Shown here: positions 1 to 8,944 of the stretch, piece by piece
Layout: every line of letters begins with the position of its first letter
How positions within the stretch are numbered: the first letter of the stretch is position 1
Source: an uncultured Gammaproteobacteria bacterium
GTDB taxonomy: Bacteria > Patescibacteriota > Patescibacteriia > 2-12-FULL-60-25
Direction of reading: 5' to 3'
NCBI GenBank assembly: GCA_964438015.1
Contig: CAYTIN010000001.1
Location: 54,074 to 118,073 of the forward strand
Length of the DNA: 64,000 bases
Notes under the pieces: model-generated
Seen by the model: the letters and a program-made list of their open reading frames with translations, nothing else
Told to the model about the DNA's origin: nothing
Database searches by the model: none
Translations under genes and position numbers: made by a program

Positions 1-74
1 GTAGATTCGCTCACCGTTGAACTTGAGGACACGAACCCGGAGCTGTTCGCGGATGAAACCTTCATCGCCTAGAT

Positions 75-287
75 ATGACTATCGAAAAAAGAATCGAGGC
101 GCTACAGCAGGCGCTTAAGTGTCTTTCGGACGCGGAAAACATCCTGCGCAAAGCAGGAAGTCCGGTGCTCAAAGCGTATGTAGCAGATCCTTTGGACGCG
201 AAGAATGCGAAACGCGGCAAGGGCATGTGCGGATTGATCCATTGTGAAATCGAAGATCTTAAGGAGAGAAAGAAAACCGAAGTATGA
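75..287 (+). CDS. hypothetical phage protein (70 aa)
   Basis: ATG at 75. The stop overlaps the next start (ATGA at 284-287). No recognisable family. Confidence 0.4.
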   Translation: MTIEKRIEALQQALKCLSDAENILRKAGSPVLKAYVADPLDAKNAKRGKGMCGLIHCEIEDLKERKKTEV

Positions 288-523
288 AAAGCGCTATTCA
301 CGAATTTCCGGAAATCCGAAAGGAAATCTACCGGAAGCTTATCAAAGAACTTCGGGCGAGCGCCTACGAATTCAAAGAGGATGCTGAGACATGGAAAGCG
401 CGGACATACGGTCCCAAGCTAAAAAGCGTCTATGACGCCGAAGAACAGTACCTCCGGTCAATGTTCGCCGCCATGGTCTACGGAGACCTCGCGCAGCAGC
501 TAGAAGAGATCAACGAAGGCTAA
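284..523 (+). CDS. hypothetical phage protein (79 aa)
   Basis: ATG overlaps the upstream stop and the gene lies in the same-strand tight array. No family recognised. Confidence 0.45.
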   Translation: MKSAIHEFPEIRKEIYRKLIKELRASAYEFKEDAETWKARTYGPKLKSVYDAEEQYLRSMFAAMVYGDLAQQLEEINEG

Positions 524-534
524 CATCCAATCCT

Positions 535-780
535 ATGTCACGAAAAATCGGAGCCCTATGGCTCAAAGAAACCAAGGACGGGAAAAAGTATTTCTCTGGC
601 GTTCTAGAAGACATGCGCGGCGAAATCCGCATCGCCATCTTCAAGAATGATCGCAAAGAGAAAGAAAATCAGCCGGACTATCAAATCATTGTTTCCGAGG
701 AACGGCGGGAACAGCGCGAGCCGTCTGATCAGACATCCCAAGCGACCGATCAGGTCAATTTGGATGACATCCCGTTTTAA
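535..780 (+). CDS. hypothetical small phage protein, possibly DUF736-like
   Basis: The N-terminus IGALWLKETKDGKKYFSGVLE...IRIAIFKNDRKEKENQPDYQI resembles small DUF736-type phage/plasmid proteins. This is a weak recollection-based match. Confidence 0.4.
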   Translation: MSRKIGALWLKETKDGKKYFSGVLEDMRGEIRIAIFKNDRKEKENQPDYQIIVSEERREQREPSDQTSQATDQVNLDDIPF

Positions 781-785
781 GCCGT

Positions 786-1070
786 ATGCATGAACAACCC
801 GCATACGCACCACGTCCGCAGGCGGCACCGTCCCGCCGCCTCGGACGAACGGAACAGGCGGGTAATGTCCGCTTGATGCAAAAACGCAAAGCGGGACAGA
901 TTCGTTCTCTCGACTGGGTGTTGAACGTGGTCGAACGGATGCGCGTACGCGAGAAGAGCGACTTCGCCCGAATGGCGTTCGAGGACGTTATCCGTACCGT
1001 TTCACGCCAGCGAGAAAAAGAGATCCGCGACTTGGCCACGTTAGACGAAGCCGAACGCGAACTAGCCTAA
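786..1070 (+). CDS. hypothetical phage protein (94 aa)
   Basis: ATG at 786, 5 nt after the previous stop. Basic/acidic helical C-terminus. No family recognised. Confidence 0.4.
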   Translation: MHEQPAYAPRPQAAPSRRLGRTEQAGNVRLMQKRKAGQIRSLDWVLNVVERMRVREKSDFARMAFEDVIRTVSRQREKEIRDLATLDEAERELA

Positions 1071-1077
1071 CCCACAT

Positions 1078-1716
1078 ATGGGAAAAGTGTCGTATCCATT
1101 CGCCGCACTGCCCAACCAGATCTGTCGCGGAGGCCATGGCCCGGTCCATATTGCCGTACTCGCAATTCTGTTGAGTCACGGCCGGACTTCTGCCTCTGCA
1201 CAGACCTTGGCGAGGGAAATCGGATGCGACCGCAAGAGCGTTTTCAAGTCTTTGAAATACTGGCGCGAGGAAGGTCCCAAGTACGGGATTCATCTTCGGA
1301 CCGGAGAACGGAAGGGTTGCACCACCGTTATCGAGGTCGACATCGTCACATGCCACACCAGTACCGAAAACGGTACTAACCATGCTGTGGATAGCGGAAA
1401 TCGCCCATACCAAAAACGGGACGGGGCTATACCGCAAACGGAACTGGCACCCGTACCGATAACGGCACACAAGGAAGAACCCGTAAGAAGACCCCTGAAG
1501 AATCACCCCCTACCCCCTCAAGGGGGAGCGGTGACTCCATTCGTGCCAAGACCAAGACGCTCACGCGGAGATCCGAAACAAAAGAAGCCACGACCGTATC
1601 TCGAGGGAGATCTCGCGCACCTCGACGAATCGCGCGGAGTCTGGCGAGTCAGAATCCATACCGGAGAGTGGGTCGACTACGGAGGCAACGTAAAACAGAA
1701 CCTCATCTGGAAATGA
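1078..1716 (+). CDS. winged-helix DNA-binding protein (replication/regulation module)
   Basis: The segment HIAVLAILLSHGRTSASAQTLAREIGCDRKSVFKSLKYWREEG looks like a wHTH. The C-terminal half is Pro/Arg-rich. Confidence 0.45.
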   Translation: MGKVSYPFAALPNQICRGGHGPVHIAVLAILLSHGRTSASAQTLAREIGCDRKSVFKSLKYWREEGPKYGIHLRTGERKGCTTVIEVDIVTCHTSTENGTNHAVDSGNRPYQKRDGAIPQTELAPVPITAHKEEPVRRPLKNHPLPPQGGAVTPFVPRPRRSRGDPKQKKPRPYLEGDLAHLDESRGVWRVRIHTGEWVDYGGNVKQNLIWK

Positions 1717-1910
1717 CTATGCGAACCGCCACAAAAGAAATTCACGCAGTCGCCAGTGAGCGTGATTATCAGCCACCGACTCAAAGTCAGCGGTTACGCG
1801 CCACTCTCTACCGCCTCTGGGAACGGTCCGGAACGAACGCCACCTTCGACGATTGGTATCGAGACCGGATGGACCGCATCATCTCGCGCTTGCAGCGATT
1901 GCTCGATTGA
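1713..1910 (+). CDS. hypothetical phage protein
   Basis: ATG at 1713 overlaps the upstream TGA (ATGA). I chose this over the longer track start at 1668. Confidence 0.35.
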   Translation: MTMRTATKEIHAVASERDYQPPTQSQRLRATLYRLWERSGTNATFDDWYRDRMDRIISRLQRLLD

Positions 1911-1924
1911 ACGTTTCACAATCT

Positions 1925-2104
1925 ATGCCGATTGAGATCGTCGCACGCTTCCGGACGAAGGAAAGCGCCGACAAATTCGCCGAGAGCGCGAACAAGCGGC
2001 ACTTCGAGTCCGTCGCGGTTGAACGCCAAAAGATCGACGGCCTTTGGGAGGTCAGGCTCGTCCCGAAGCGAAAGCTTCCCGTATTCAGACCTCCAACCAC
2101 ATGA
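1925..2104 (+). CDS. hypothetical phage protein
   Basis: Internal ATG at 1925 (MPIEIVARFRTKESADKF...) avoids overlap with the previous ORF. Confidence 0.35.
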   Translation: MPIEIVARFRTKESADKFAESANKRHFESVAVERQKIDGLWEVRLVPKRKLPVFRPPTT

Positions 2105-2107
2105 ACC

Positions 2108-2545
2108 ATGCTCATCAAACCGAAATCAGAAAACATCGATGCACTGTCGATTATCGTCATGGCTGAAGATGGCCGCGCTTTCGTTCTACGGCGGAGGCGC
2201 GGCGCAGCCCATGTCACCCTCGAAGACATGCGCCGCTGGGCAGAGAAGCGACTCTGGCTCGCCGACGGTGTACCGGACCGTATGACGGGACTCATCCAAA
2301 ATCTCGGAGAGGCATACGAGCAGTATCTCTACTGCAAATCGCAGGAACTCGAGATCTCGGCCGACCAATGGCTGAACATCTCAGACAAACTTGCAGGCCA
2401 GCTATCAGACATCGTCGAACGTGGGACGAAGATGCCGGAAGTGGTCACCGTGTACGTCCCGCATCGTGCGCCTCCGCCTCCCACGCGTTCGAGACGCAGT
2501 TCCAAGCCGCCTCCGGCCATGGCTCCCGAGCCGGTTCGTGGATAA
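2108..2545 (+). CDS. hypothetical phage protein (145 aa)
   Basis: ATG at 2108, 3 nt after the previous stop. Pro-rich C-terminus. Confidence 0.45.
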   Translation: MLIKPKSENIDALSIIVMAEDGRAFVLRRRRGAAHVTLEDMRRWAEKRLWLADGVPDRMTGLIQNLGEAYEQYLYCKSQELEISADQWLNISDKLAGQLSDIVERGTKMPEVVTVYVPHRAPPPPTRSRRSSKPPPAMAPEPVRG

Positions 2546-2573
2546 CCGGCCAAATTTCAGACTTCGTGCGCCT

Positions 2574-2918
2574 ATGCTTGTCCGCATGAAGGAAACGGAA
2601 ATCCAACGGTCCATTCTTGAGAATCTGCGCTGGCACGGAATCCTCGCGTATCGCTGCCAGCCGGCACCCGTCCCGATCAGAAACGGAAACCGCATTGTCG
2701 GTTTCCGCCGAGCCGATGCATTCAATGTCGGCATGCCAGACATCGTCTGCGTCATCGCTGGACGGTACATCGGCATCGAAGTGAAGTCCGAGACAGGACG
2801 CCAACGCACCGAGCAGCTCGATTGGCAGCGCAAGATCGAGAAGGCCGGAGGAACGTATGTGCTCGCACGTTCGTGGGAAGATGTTGAACAAGCAATCTTA
2901 TGCAATACGAATCCATAA
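2574..2918 (+). CDS. VRR-NUC domain nuclease
   Basis: ETEIQRSILENLRWHGILAYR...GMPDIVCVIAGRYIGIEVKSETGRQRTEQLDWQRKIEKAGGTY shows a PD-(D/E)xK core (PD...EVK) typical of the VRR-NUC family. Start taken at ATG 2574. Confidence 0.7.
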   Translation: MLVRMKETEIQRSILENLRWHGILAYRCQPAPVPIRNGNRIVGFRRADAFNVGMPDIVCVIAGRYIGIEVKSETGRQRTEQLDWQRKIEKAGGTYVLARSWEDVEQAILCNTNP

Positions 2919-4126
2919 AAATATCCGATCTCAAGCCTGCCGAATATAATCCGCGCTCTATTTCCGAGCGTGAACTTGCGAAGCTTACTGAATCCATTCG
3001 GACGTTCGGTTTCGTCGATCCGGTCATCGTGAACAAAGACGGAACGGTTATCGGCGGCCACCAGCGCATCAAAGCGGCGGAACGTCTTGGCATGTCAGAG
3101 GTTCCATGCGTTCGTGTCGATATCCCGAAAGAGCGGGAGCAGGCCTTAAACCTTGCGTTGAACCGTATCTCGGGTGAATGGGACATGGAACGGTTGGCCG
3201 TCTTACTCGAACAGCTGGATGCGGAGTCGCGGAAGCTTTCCGGTTTCGATGAACAAGAGATCACTGAAGCTTTGAACCACTTGCTCAAGCAGCCGGTAGA
3301 AGACGATTACGAGCCAGAACTTCCGGAGAATCCGAAAACGAAATTGGGAGATTTGTATCAGCTCGGCAACCATCGATTGCTCTGCGGTGACTCGACTAGC
3401 GTCGAAGCGTTCGACCGTTTGCTCGAAGGCAACAAGGCCGACATGTGCTTTACGGACCCGCCCTACAATATGGTGTATCGCGGAGGTCCAGGAGCGAATC
3501 GGAAGAAAATCGCCAACGACGCCATGCCACGTGACGAGTTTATTTCGTTTCTTCGCAAGGTGATGGGGAATCTCGTCGCCAACGTCACAGGCGGTTTCTA
3601 TATCTGCATGTCATACGGCGAACTCCATTCGCTTTGGCAGGCGTTCACGGACGCCGGTGGCCATTGGCAGGGCTACATCATCTGGGTCAAGCAGCGCTTC
3701 ACGCTCGGCGGTTCCGATTATCAGCACCAATCCGAGCCGATCATGCATGGCCTTTCAGCAGAGGAATCCGCAAAGCTTTCCGATGAGAACGTCGACGCCG
3801 AAGCGTCTCCTATCATGTACGGCTGGACTCGCCATACGTGGTACGGGGGCCGGAAGCAGGGTGATGTGTGGTTTTTCGATAAGCCGCACAAGTCACCGGA
3901 GCATCCGACCATGAAACCCGTCAGGCTTTGCGCCAAAGCCATCGTGAACAGCTCCCCGACGAACGGAATCGTGCTCGATGCCTTCGGAGGTTCCGGTTCC
4001 ACATTGATTGCCGCCGAACAGGTCGAGCACCGCTGTTTCATGATCGAAATGGATCCCGCCTATTGCGACGTCATCGTTGACCGTTGGGAGAAATTCACGG
4101 GTAAAAAGGCTAGCAAAATCGAATAA
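2900..4126 (+). CDS. ParB-like nuclease domain fused to a DNA N6/N4 methyltransferase (beta-class)
   Basis: N-terminus: IKISDLKPAEYNPR...VIGGHQRIKAAERLG (ParB/Srx box). Methyltransferase motif IV (CFTDPPYNMVY) precedes motif I (LDAFGGSGSTLIAA). Confidence 0.85.
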   Translation: MQYESIKISDLKPAEYNPRSISERELAKLTESIRTFGFVDPVIVNKDGTVIGGHQRIKAAERLGMSEVPCVRVDIPKEREQALNLALNRISGEWDMERLAVLLEQLDAESRKLSGFDEQEITEALNHLLKQPVEDDYEPELPENPKTKLGDLYQLGNHRLLCGDSTSVEAFDRLLEGNKADMCFTDPPYNMVYRGGPGANRKKIANDAMPRDEFISFLRKVMGNLVANVTGGFYICMSYGELHSLWQAFTDAGGHWQGYIIWVKQRFTLGGSDYQHQSEPIMHGLSAEESAKLSDENVDAEASPIMYGWTRHTWYGGRKQGDVWFFDKPHKSPEHPTMKPVRLCAKAIVNSSPTNGIVLDAFGGSGSTLIAAEQVEHRCFMIEMDPAYCDVIVDRWEKFTGKKASKIE

Positions 4127-4129
4127 TTT

Positions 4130-4161
4130 TAGGTTATTAGGTTTTTAACCTAGAAAACCTA
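4130..4161. repeat. nested palindrome TAGGTT-ATT-AGGTT-TTT-AACCT-AGAA-AACCTA
   Basis: Read directly. Two AGGTT half-sites face two AACCT half-sites, 12 nt upstream of the putative small terminase ATG. Confidence 0.6.
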
Positions 4162-4172
4162 GACACCTGCTT

Positions 4173-4550
4173 ATGGCCGGACTCGCAAGCAAACGGAACG
4201 GGAAGAAGGGCGGCCGTCCGAAAGGAACGGTCAGCTTCGAGACGCGCATCCAGAAACAGATCAAGCGCAAACTTCTTTCGGCCGTAAGCAAAGAGTTCAA
4301 GCCCATCATGGAAGCAATTCTTGATTCAGCCAAAGGGCTTACGCTTTACGTTCCAGGTAAGGACGGCAGACGCGACAAGGTGTACCGCCGAAGCCCGAAC
4401 GTCGACATGCTGAAGTACATCATGGACCAAGTCGCGGGTAAGGCATCGACACCTATCGAAGTCGAAGGAGAACTTGAGGTCGGTAACCTACAGGAATTTA
4501 TCTATGCCGCGTATGAAGCCTCGGAACGCAAACGACGCGGACGTTCTTGA
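4173..4550 (+). CDS. putative terminase small subunit
   Basis: Called by position immediately upstream of, and overlapping, the large terminase. Basic N-terminus (KRNGKKGGRPKG). No firm motif. Confidence 0.4.
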   Translation: MAGLASKRNGKKGGRPKGTVSFETRIQKQIKRKLLSAVSKEFKPIMEAILDSAKGLTLYVPGKDGRRDKVYRRSPNVDMLKYIMDQVAGKASTPIEVEGELEVGNLQEFIYAAYEASERKRRGRS

Positions 4551-5889
4551 GTCGCTACAGCGTGACCCCGCCGCTTTTATCGCTCTATGTTGGCCGGACG
4601 CCGTACTCTGGGAAAAACAGACGAGCGTTGCGGATGCGGTTGCGGGACATAAGCGCGTCGCGGTCCGCTCCGGCCACGGAGTCGGCAAGTCATGGCTCAT
4701 GGCACGTCTCGCTATTTGGTTTCTCACCGTTTTCAAACCATCCAAGGTCGTCACGACCGCACCCTCATGGACGCAGGTCGAAAAAGTTTTGTGGGGAGAG
4801 ATCGCAACCGCATACCGTTCGAGCCGTATTCCTCTCGGCGGAGATTTACTCAACACGCAGTGGAAGATCGCCGAGGATTGTTTTGCTATTGGCATTTCGA
4901 CACGCGAGAGCGTCGAGCAGCGTGATTTCGGCTCAACGAAACTCCAAGGATTCCACTCCCCAAACCTGCTCGTCATTTTGGACGAAGCCGCTGGCGTGCC
5001 TCCCGAGATCTGGACGGCAACGACATCGCTTGCGACGGGTGAAAATAACCGCATCGTAGCTATCGGCAATCCGGCTAGTCCATCCGGTCCGTTCTACGAT
5101 ATTTTTAAAAGCGCCATCTGGCACAAGCTTGAGATTTCATGCCTCGACCATCCGAACGTGACCACCGGCGAGACTGTCATCCCCGGCGCAGTCACAAAGG
5201 ATTGGGTCGAGGAACGTAAGACGGAATGGGGCGAGAAAAGCCCGCTCTATCAAGCTAAAGTCCTCGGCCAATTCCCCACGGAAGGCTCCGATACCCTCAT
5301 TCCACTCACTTGGGTCGAAAGGGCGGTCAATGCAGAGATCGCGGGTGACGAACGCCTATCGGTCGGATGCGACGTGGCGCGTTTCGGCGAGGACGAGACG
5401 GTTATTTTTAAATCCAAAGGCAACACATACGAATTGGTCGAAGCGGTTATCAAGCGTCCGACGAATGAGACGGCAGGACGGCTTGTGCTCGCATCCAAGG
5501 AAAGCGGCGCGGAATTCGTGGCTGTAGACGACACGGGTGTCGGTGGCGGCGTCACTGACATGCTGCGCGAACAGGGAATGAGCGTCGTACCCGTGAACTT
5601 CGGTTCGGCGGCGGAAGATCCGGAACGCTTCGCCAATCTCAAGGCGGAAATCTTTTGGAACCTCCGTGAGGACTTCGAGAAGAAGAATATTTCCATTCCT
5701 GACGACCCCGTACTCATGAACCAGCTCGCTTCGATCAAGTACGGCCTGACTTCAAAGGGACAGATCAAGATCGAATCGAAGGACGACGCGAAGAAGCGGG
5801 GATTGCGTTCTCCGGACCGTGCGGATGCTCTCGCTATCTGCCATTACGCCAAACGAGCCAACTGGATTCCTGAGATGCTGTGGATATAG
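4504..5889 (+). CDS. terL: terminase large subunit
   Basis: P-loop-like SGHGVGKS, Walker B LLVILDEAAG, and a C-terminal RNaseH-like nuclease region (VGCDVARFGEDETV, DDTGVGGGV). Start at ATG 4504 or 4513. Confidence 0.85.
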   Translation: MPRMKPRNANDADVLESLQRDPAAFIALCWPDAVLWEKQTSVADAVAGHKRVAVRSGHGVGKSWLMARLAIWFLTVFKPSKVVTTAPSWTQVEKVLWGEIATAYRSSRIPLGGDLLNTQWKIAEDCFAIGISTRESVEQRDFGSTKLQGFHSPNLLVILDEAAGVPPEIWTATTSLATGENNRIVAIGNPASPSGPFYDIFKSAIWHKLEISCLDHPNVTTGETVIPGAVTKDWVEERKTEWGEKSPLYQAKVLGQFPTEGSDTLIPLTWVERAVNAEIAGDERLSVGCDVARFGEDETVIFKSKGNTYELVEAVIKRPTNETAGRLVLASKESGAEFVAVDDTGVGGGVTDMLREQGMSVVPVNFGSAAEDPERFANLKAEIFWNLREDFEKKNISIPDDPVLMNQLASIKYGLTSKGQIKIESKDDAKKRGLRSPDRADALAICHYAKRANWIPEMLWI

Positions 5890-5926
5890 CGGCGTTTTCG
5901 GAGACTCGTTCCGCGATACTCATGCC

Positions 5927-8026
5927 ATGGGAATCGTCGAACGCGCCAAGGACGCATGGTCGGTACTGCGGGGCCGCAAGTCTCTGTCTGAAGTCGGCGA
6001 GACGCTGGCCTCATGGTTCCACGGACGAAGCGCCACCGTGACCGGCTGGCAATTCAAGGCAGCCAAGCTGCTCGCCGAAGAAGTCGGAGCGGCGGCTTTT
6101 CGTTTGTACAAGGTCAAAGCCGATGGGGCGTGGTCCGAGATCGATGCGAATCCGGTCCTTGATATCTTGCATCGTCCAAATCCGAACGCAACGCATGCGG
6201 AACTGTTCGAAGCCGTGAGCATGTCGCTCGACTTCTACGGGAACGCTTTTCTTTTTCTTGAAGGGGCCAATTCTCCGACATCGAAGCCCAAAGCGCTCTA
6301 TCCTCTCAAGCCGCAGCACGTTTCCATCGTCCGGACTGACGGATTTCCGGATACGATTCTTTCGTACAAGTATCGGCATAAGGCGCGGGAGTATGTTTTT
6401 CAGCCGTACCAGATTCTTCACATCCGGGAATCGAATCCCGACGACCCGCTTGTCGGACTTGGCGCAGTTCAGGCCATGGCCGACGCTGTTGATCTCGACC
6501 ATGCTGCTCGCGTTTGGAATCGTGCGTTTTTTCGTAACAGCGCACGACCGGATCTCATCCTCAAGTCCAAATTTAAGACGCGCGAGCAGATGGATCCCAT
6601 CCGAGCGCAGTTCGAGGATAAATATCAGGGTGCGGAGAACGCCCACAAGATCGCCATTCTCCCCGATGGCGTCGAACCGGAGAAAATGGGCTGGAGCCAG
6701 AAGGACATGGATTTCGTCGAGCAGCTCCGTTGGTCGCGCGATGACATTCTGTCCGGTCTTCGCACTCCCCATGTCGTACTCGGGCTTGGAGCCGGTGAGA
6801 ATTTGAATCGTGCGACAGCCGAAGCCACGAACTACATCTATGCGCTCCGGACCGTCATGCCGCGCCTTCGAAGGATTGCCGCATTTTTTAATACGTATCT
6901 TGTCATACGGTTCGGCAAGGATTTGGTGATTGATTTTGACAATGTCGTTCCGGAGGACGAGGACTTGCAGGTGCGTAAGCGTATCGCGGCGCTCGGAGGC
7001 GCACCGTATGAAAGCTTGAACGAAGTCCGTGACGAACTTGGCCTGCCTGCCGTCGAGGGCGGGGATTCCGTTATGGCCCCGTATTCCCAGACGCCCGTCG
7101 GTTCGCCCAAGGAGGTCAAAGCCAAGCGAAAGCCGCCACAAACGGCTTATCCGGCCCTCAAAGCAGCCAAAGAAGATTCGGCCGTGTCTTCAGCGATTCA
7201 TAGCGCCGTGGATGCCGCCGTTTCCAAAGCCGCCGATAAAATCGAGACTGCGAAGAAAAGTACGGGCGAAGATCGCAAGGAAGCATCGTGGCGCAGTTTC
7301 GTGTCACGAGTTTCACCGTACGAAATCTTGCTCAAGAAACGCATGGCCGAATATGCGGCGGGAATGATTAAGCGTGTTGAAGAAAATCTCGAAGCCGCAT
7401 CGAAGGACGTGGACTTGGCGAAACTTCTCGACCGTAAAGACGACGTGCGTCTCTTGATTCAGGTTTCCTCTCCGACATTGAGCGAGCTATATCGAAGCGA
7501 AGGCGAAGCTATCGCGTCCGACATCGGATCCGCCTTTGATGCGACGCTTGCCCGCATCCGCGAAGCCGTTAACGGAGTAGCGACGCTGCTCGCGCAAAAC
7601 TATCACGACGAAACCGTACGGCTCTTGCGCGAAGCGATGAATGCCAGCACCGAAGCAGGGGAGGGATTCGACAAGCTGAAAGTCCGTATTCGAGACATTG
7701 GAGATTTTTCATCCAACGTGCGAGCTTCACGTGTCGCGCGTACCGAAGCTTTCCGCGTTGCCAACGACGCAGGCCGCGAAGCCTATCGCCAAGCCGGAGT
7801 GAAGAAGCTCGTCTGGTATACGGCGAAGGACGAACGCGTTTGCGAGTTCTGCGGACCGGAAGATGGACGCGTGGTTGGCATCGAAGAAAATTATTACGAG
7901 AAAGGCGATGTCATCCAAGGACGCGATGGCGGCGTTTTGAATATCGACTATTCGAACATCGGAGGCGGTGCGCTCCATCCCAATTGCCGCTGCCGTGTCG
8001 TCCAGTACATCGAAGGCTTGGAGTGA
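5927..8026 (+). CDS. portal protein fused to a Mu F / SPP1 gp7-like head morphogenesis domain
   Basis: The N-terminal ~400 aa are HK97-family portal-like (ILHIRESNPDDPLVGLGAVQA...). The C-terminus RVARTEAFRVANDAGREAY...VWYTAKDERVCEFCGPEDG...LHPNCRCR is the MuF-type motif set. Start at ATG 5927. Confidence 0.8.
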   Translation: MGIVERAKDAWSVLRGRKSLSEVGETLASWFHGRSATVTGWQFKAAKLLAEEVGAAAFRLYKVKADGAWSEIDANPVLDILHRPNPNATHAELFEAVSMSLDFYGNAFLFLEGANSPTSKPKALYPLKPQHVSIVRTDGFPDTILSYKYRHKAREYVFQPYQILHIRESNPDDPLVGLGAVQAMADAVDLDHAARVWNRAFFRNSARPDLILKSKFKTREQMDPIRAQFEDKYQGAENAHKIAILPDGVEPEKMGWSQKDMDFVEQLRWSRDDILSGLRTPHVVLGLGAGENLNRATAEATNYIYALRTVMPRLRRIAAFFNTYLVIRFGKDLVIDFDNVVPEDEDLQVRKRIAALGGAPYESLNEVRDELGLPAVEGGDSVMAPYSQTPVGSPKEVKAKRKPPQTAYPALKAAKEDSAVSSAIHSAVDAAVSKAADKIETAKKSTGEDRKEASWRSFVSRVSPYEILLKKRMAEYAAGMIKRVEENLEAASKDVDLAKLLDRKDDVRLLIQVSSPTLSELYRSEGEAIASDIGSAFDATLARIREAVNGVATLLAQNYHDETVRLLREAMNASTEAGEGFDKLKVRIRDIGDFSSNVRASRVARTEAFRVANDAGREAYRQAGVKKLVWYTAKDERVCEFCGPEDGRVVGIEENYYEKGDVIQGRDGGVLNIDYSNIGGGALHPNCRCRVVQYIEGLE

Positions 8027-8090
8027 TTGTGGATAATCCAGTCTTTTAACTAATGCGTCCCTCTACGCTTATCACCATACGGCTCGCGCT

Positions 8091-8939
8091 ATGCAACTAG
8101 AAAAACTCCAATTCAAAGCGTTCGTACGCAAATCCGAGAACGGACGGCTGACTGTCGTCGCGTCTGACGAAACCGTCGACCGCACCGGCGAATCCATTCC
8201 CATCGACACATGGGATCTTACGAACTTCCGGAAATCTCCGCGCCTGCTCATCGACCACGATTATTCCGTGAAGTCCATCGTGGGACTCGCCGAAAATATC
8301 CGTACCGAGAACCGACAGCTTCTATTCGAACCGCTGTTCCATGCCATCACCCAAGCAGCCAGGGAAACGGACGAGATGGTGGTCCAGGGATTCCTCGACA
8401 CCGTTTCAGTCGGCTTCCAACGCAAAGAAGTAGACGGACGGATTGCGAACGAACTGCTCGAGATCAGTTTCGTCGCCGTTCCATGTAATCCGAGCGCCCG
8501 CACCTTGTCCGTGAAGGACATTGGGCCGGAAGAGGAAAAAGCGGTCGAAGCATTCGTCTCAAAGACGGAAGAACCGGAAACACCTCCCGCTCCTGATCCC
8601 GTTCCACCCAAGGAAGAGGAAACGAAGACGGAACTGGAGGCGGAAGAGAAAGCCGGACGGGCGCTCTCGGAAAAGAGCCGGCAATCCATTGAATCGACCA
8701 TCAATCTTTTGGAACAGGCTAACGGAGCTTTGCGGCAGCTGCTCAATGCGGCGGGTTCGCAGGGTTCCGAGGGGAAAACGTCCGACGATGGCGGAACCCC
8801 GAAACAAAGGTCGAGTGGTGCGGGATCTGACGAGGATGTCTTTAAGCAATGGCTCCTCATGAAGCAGGTCTTGCGCGCCGTGAACACGGCAACGTCGGAC
8901 GCTCTCGCTAAGAGCAAAATCTTTATTCGTCAAAATTAA
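8091..8939 (+). CDS. HK97-family prohead protease (with acidic scaffold-like C-terminus)
   Basis: LLIDHDYSVKSIVG and the VSVGF...EISFVAVPCNP pattern point to the S78-type family. Position between portal and capsid supports the call. Confidence 0.75.
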   Translation: MQLEKLQFKAFVRKSENGRLTVVASDETVDRTGESIPIDTWDLTNFRKSPRLLIDHDYSVKSIVGLAENIRTENRQLLFEPLFHAITQAARETDEMVVQGFLDTVSVGFQRKEVDGRIANELLEISFVAVPCNPSARTLSVKDIGPEEEKAVEAFVSKTEEPETPPAPDPVPPKEEETKTELEAEEKAGRALSEKSRQSIESTINLLEQANGALRQLLNAAGSQGSEGKTSDDGGTPKQRSSGAGSDEDVFKQWLLMKQVLRAVNTATSDALAKSKIFIRQN

Positions 8940-8944
8940 TCCCT

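Noticed and set aside
6011-7141. Long antisense ORFs inside the phage block, for example 6011-7141(-), 8936-9565(-), 10126-10992(-), 16313-17056(-) and 988-1506(-).
   Set aside because: These are shadow ORFs typical of GC-rich coding DNA. They lie fully inside + strand genes with clear family signatures (portal, capsid, tape measure), and their translations are low-complexity and Arg/Gly-rich.
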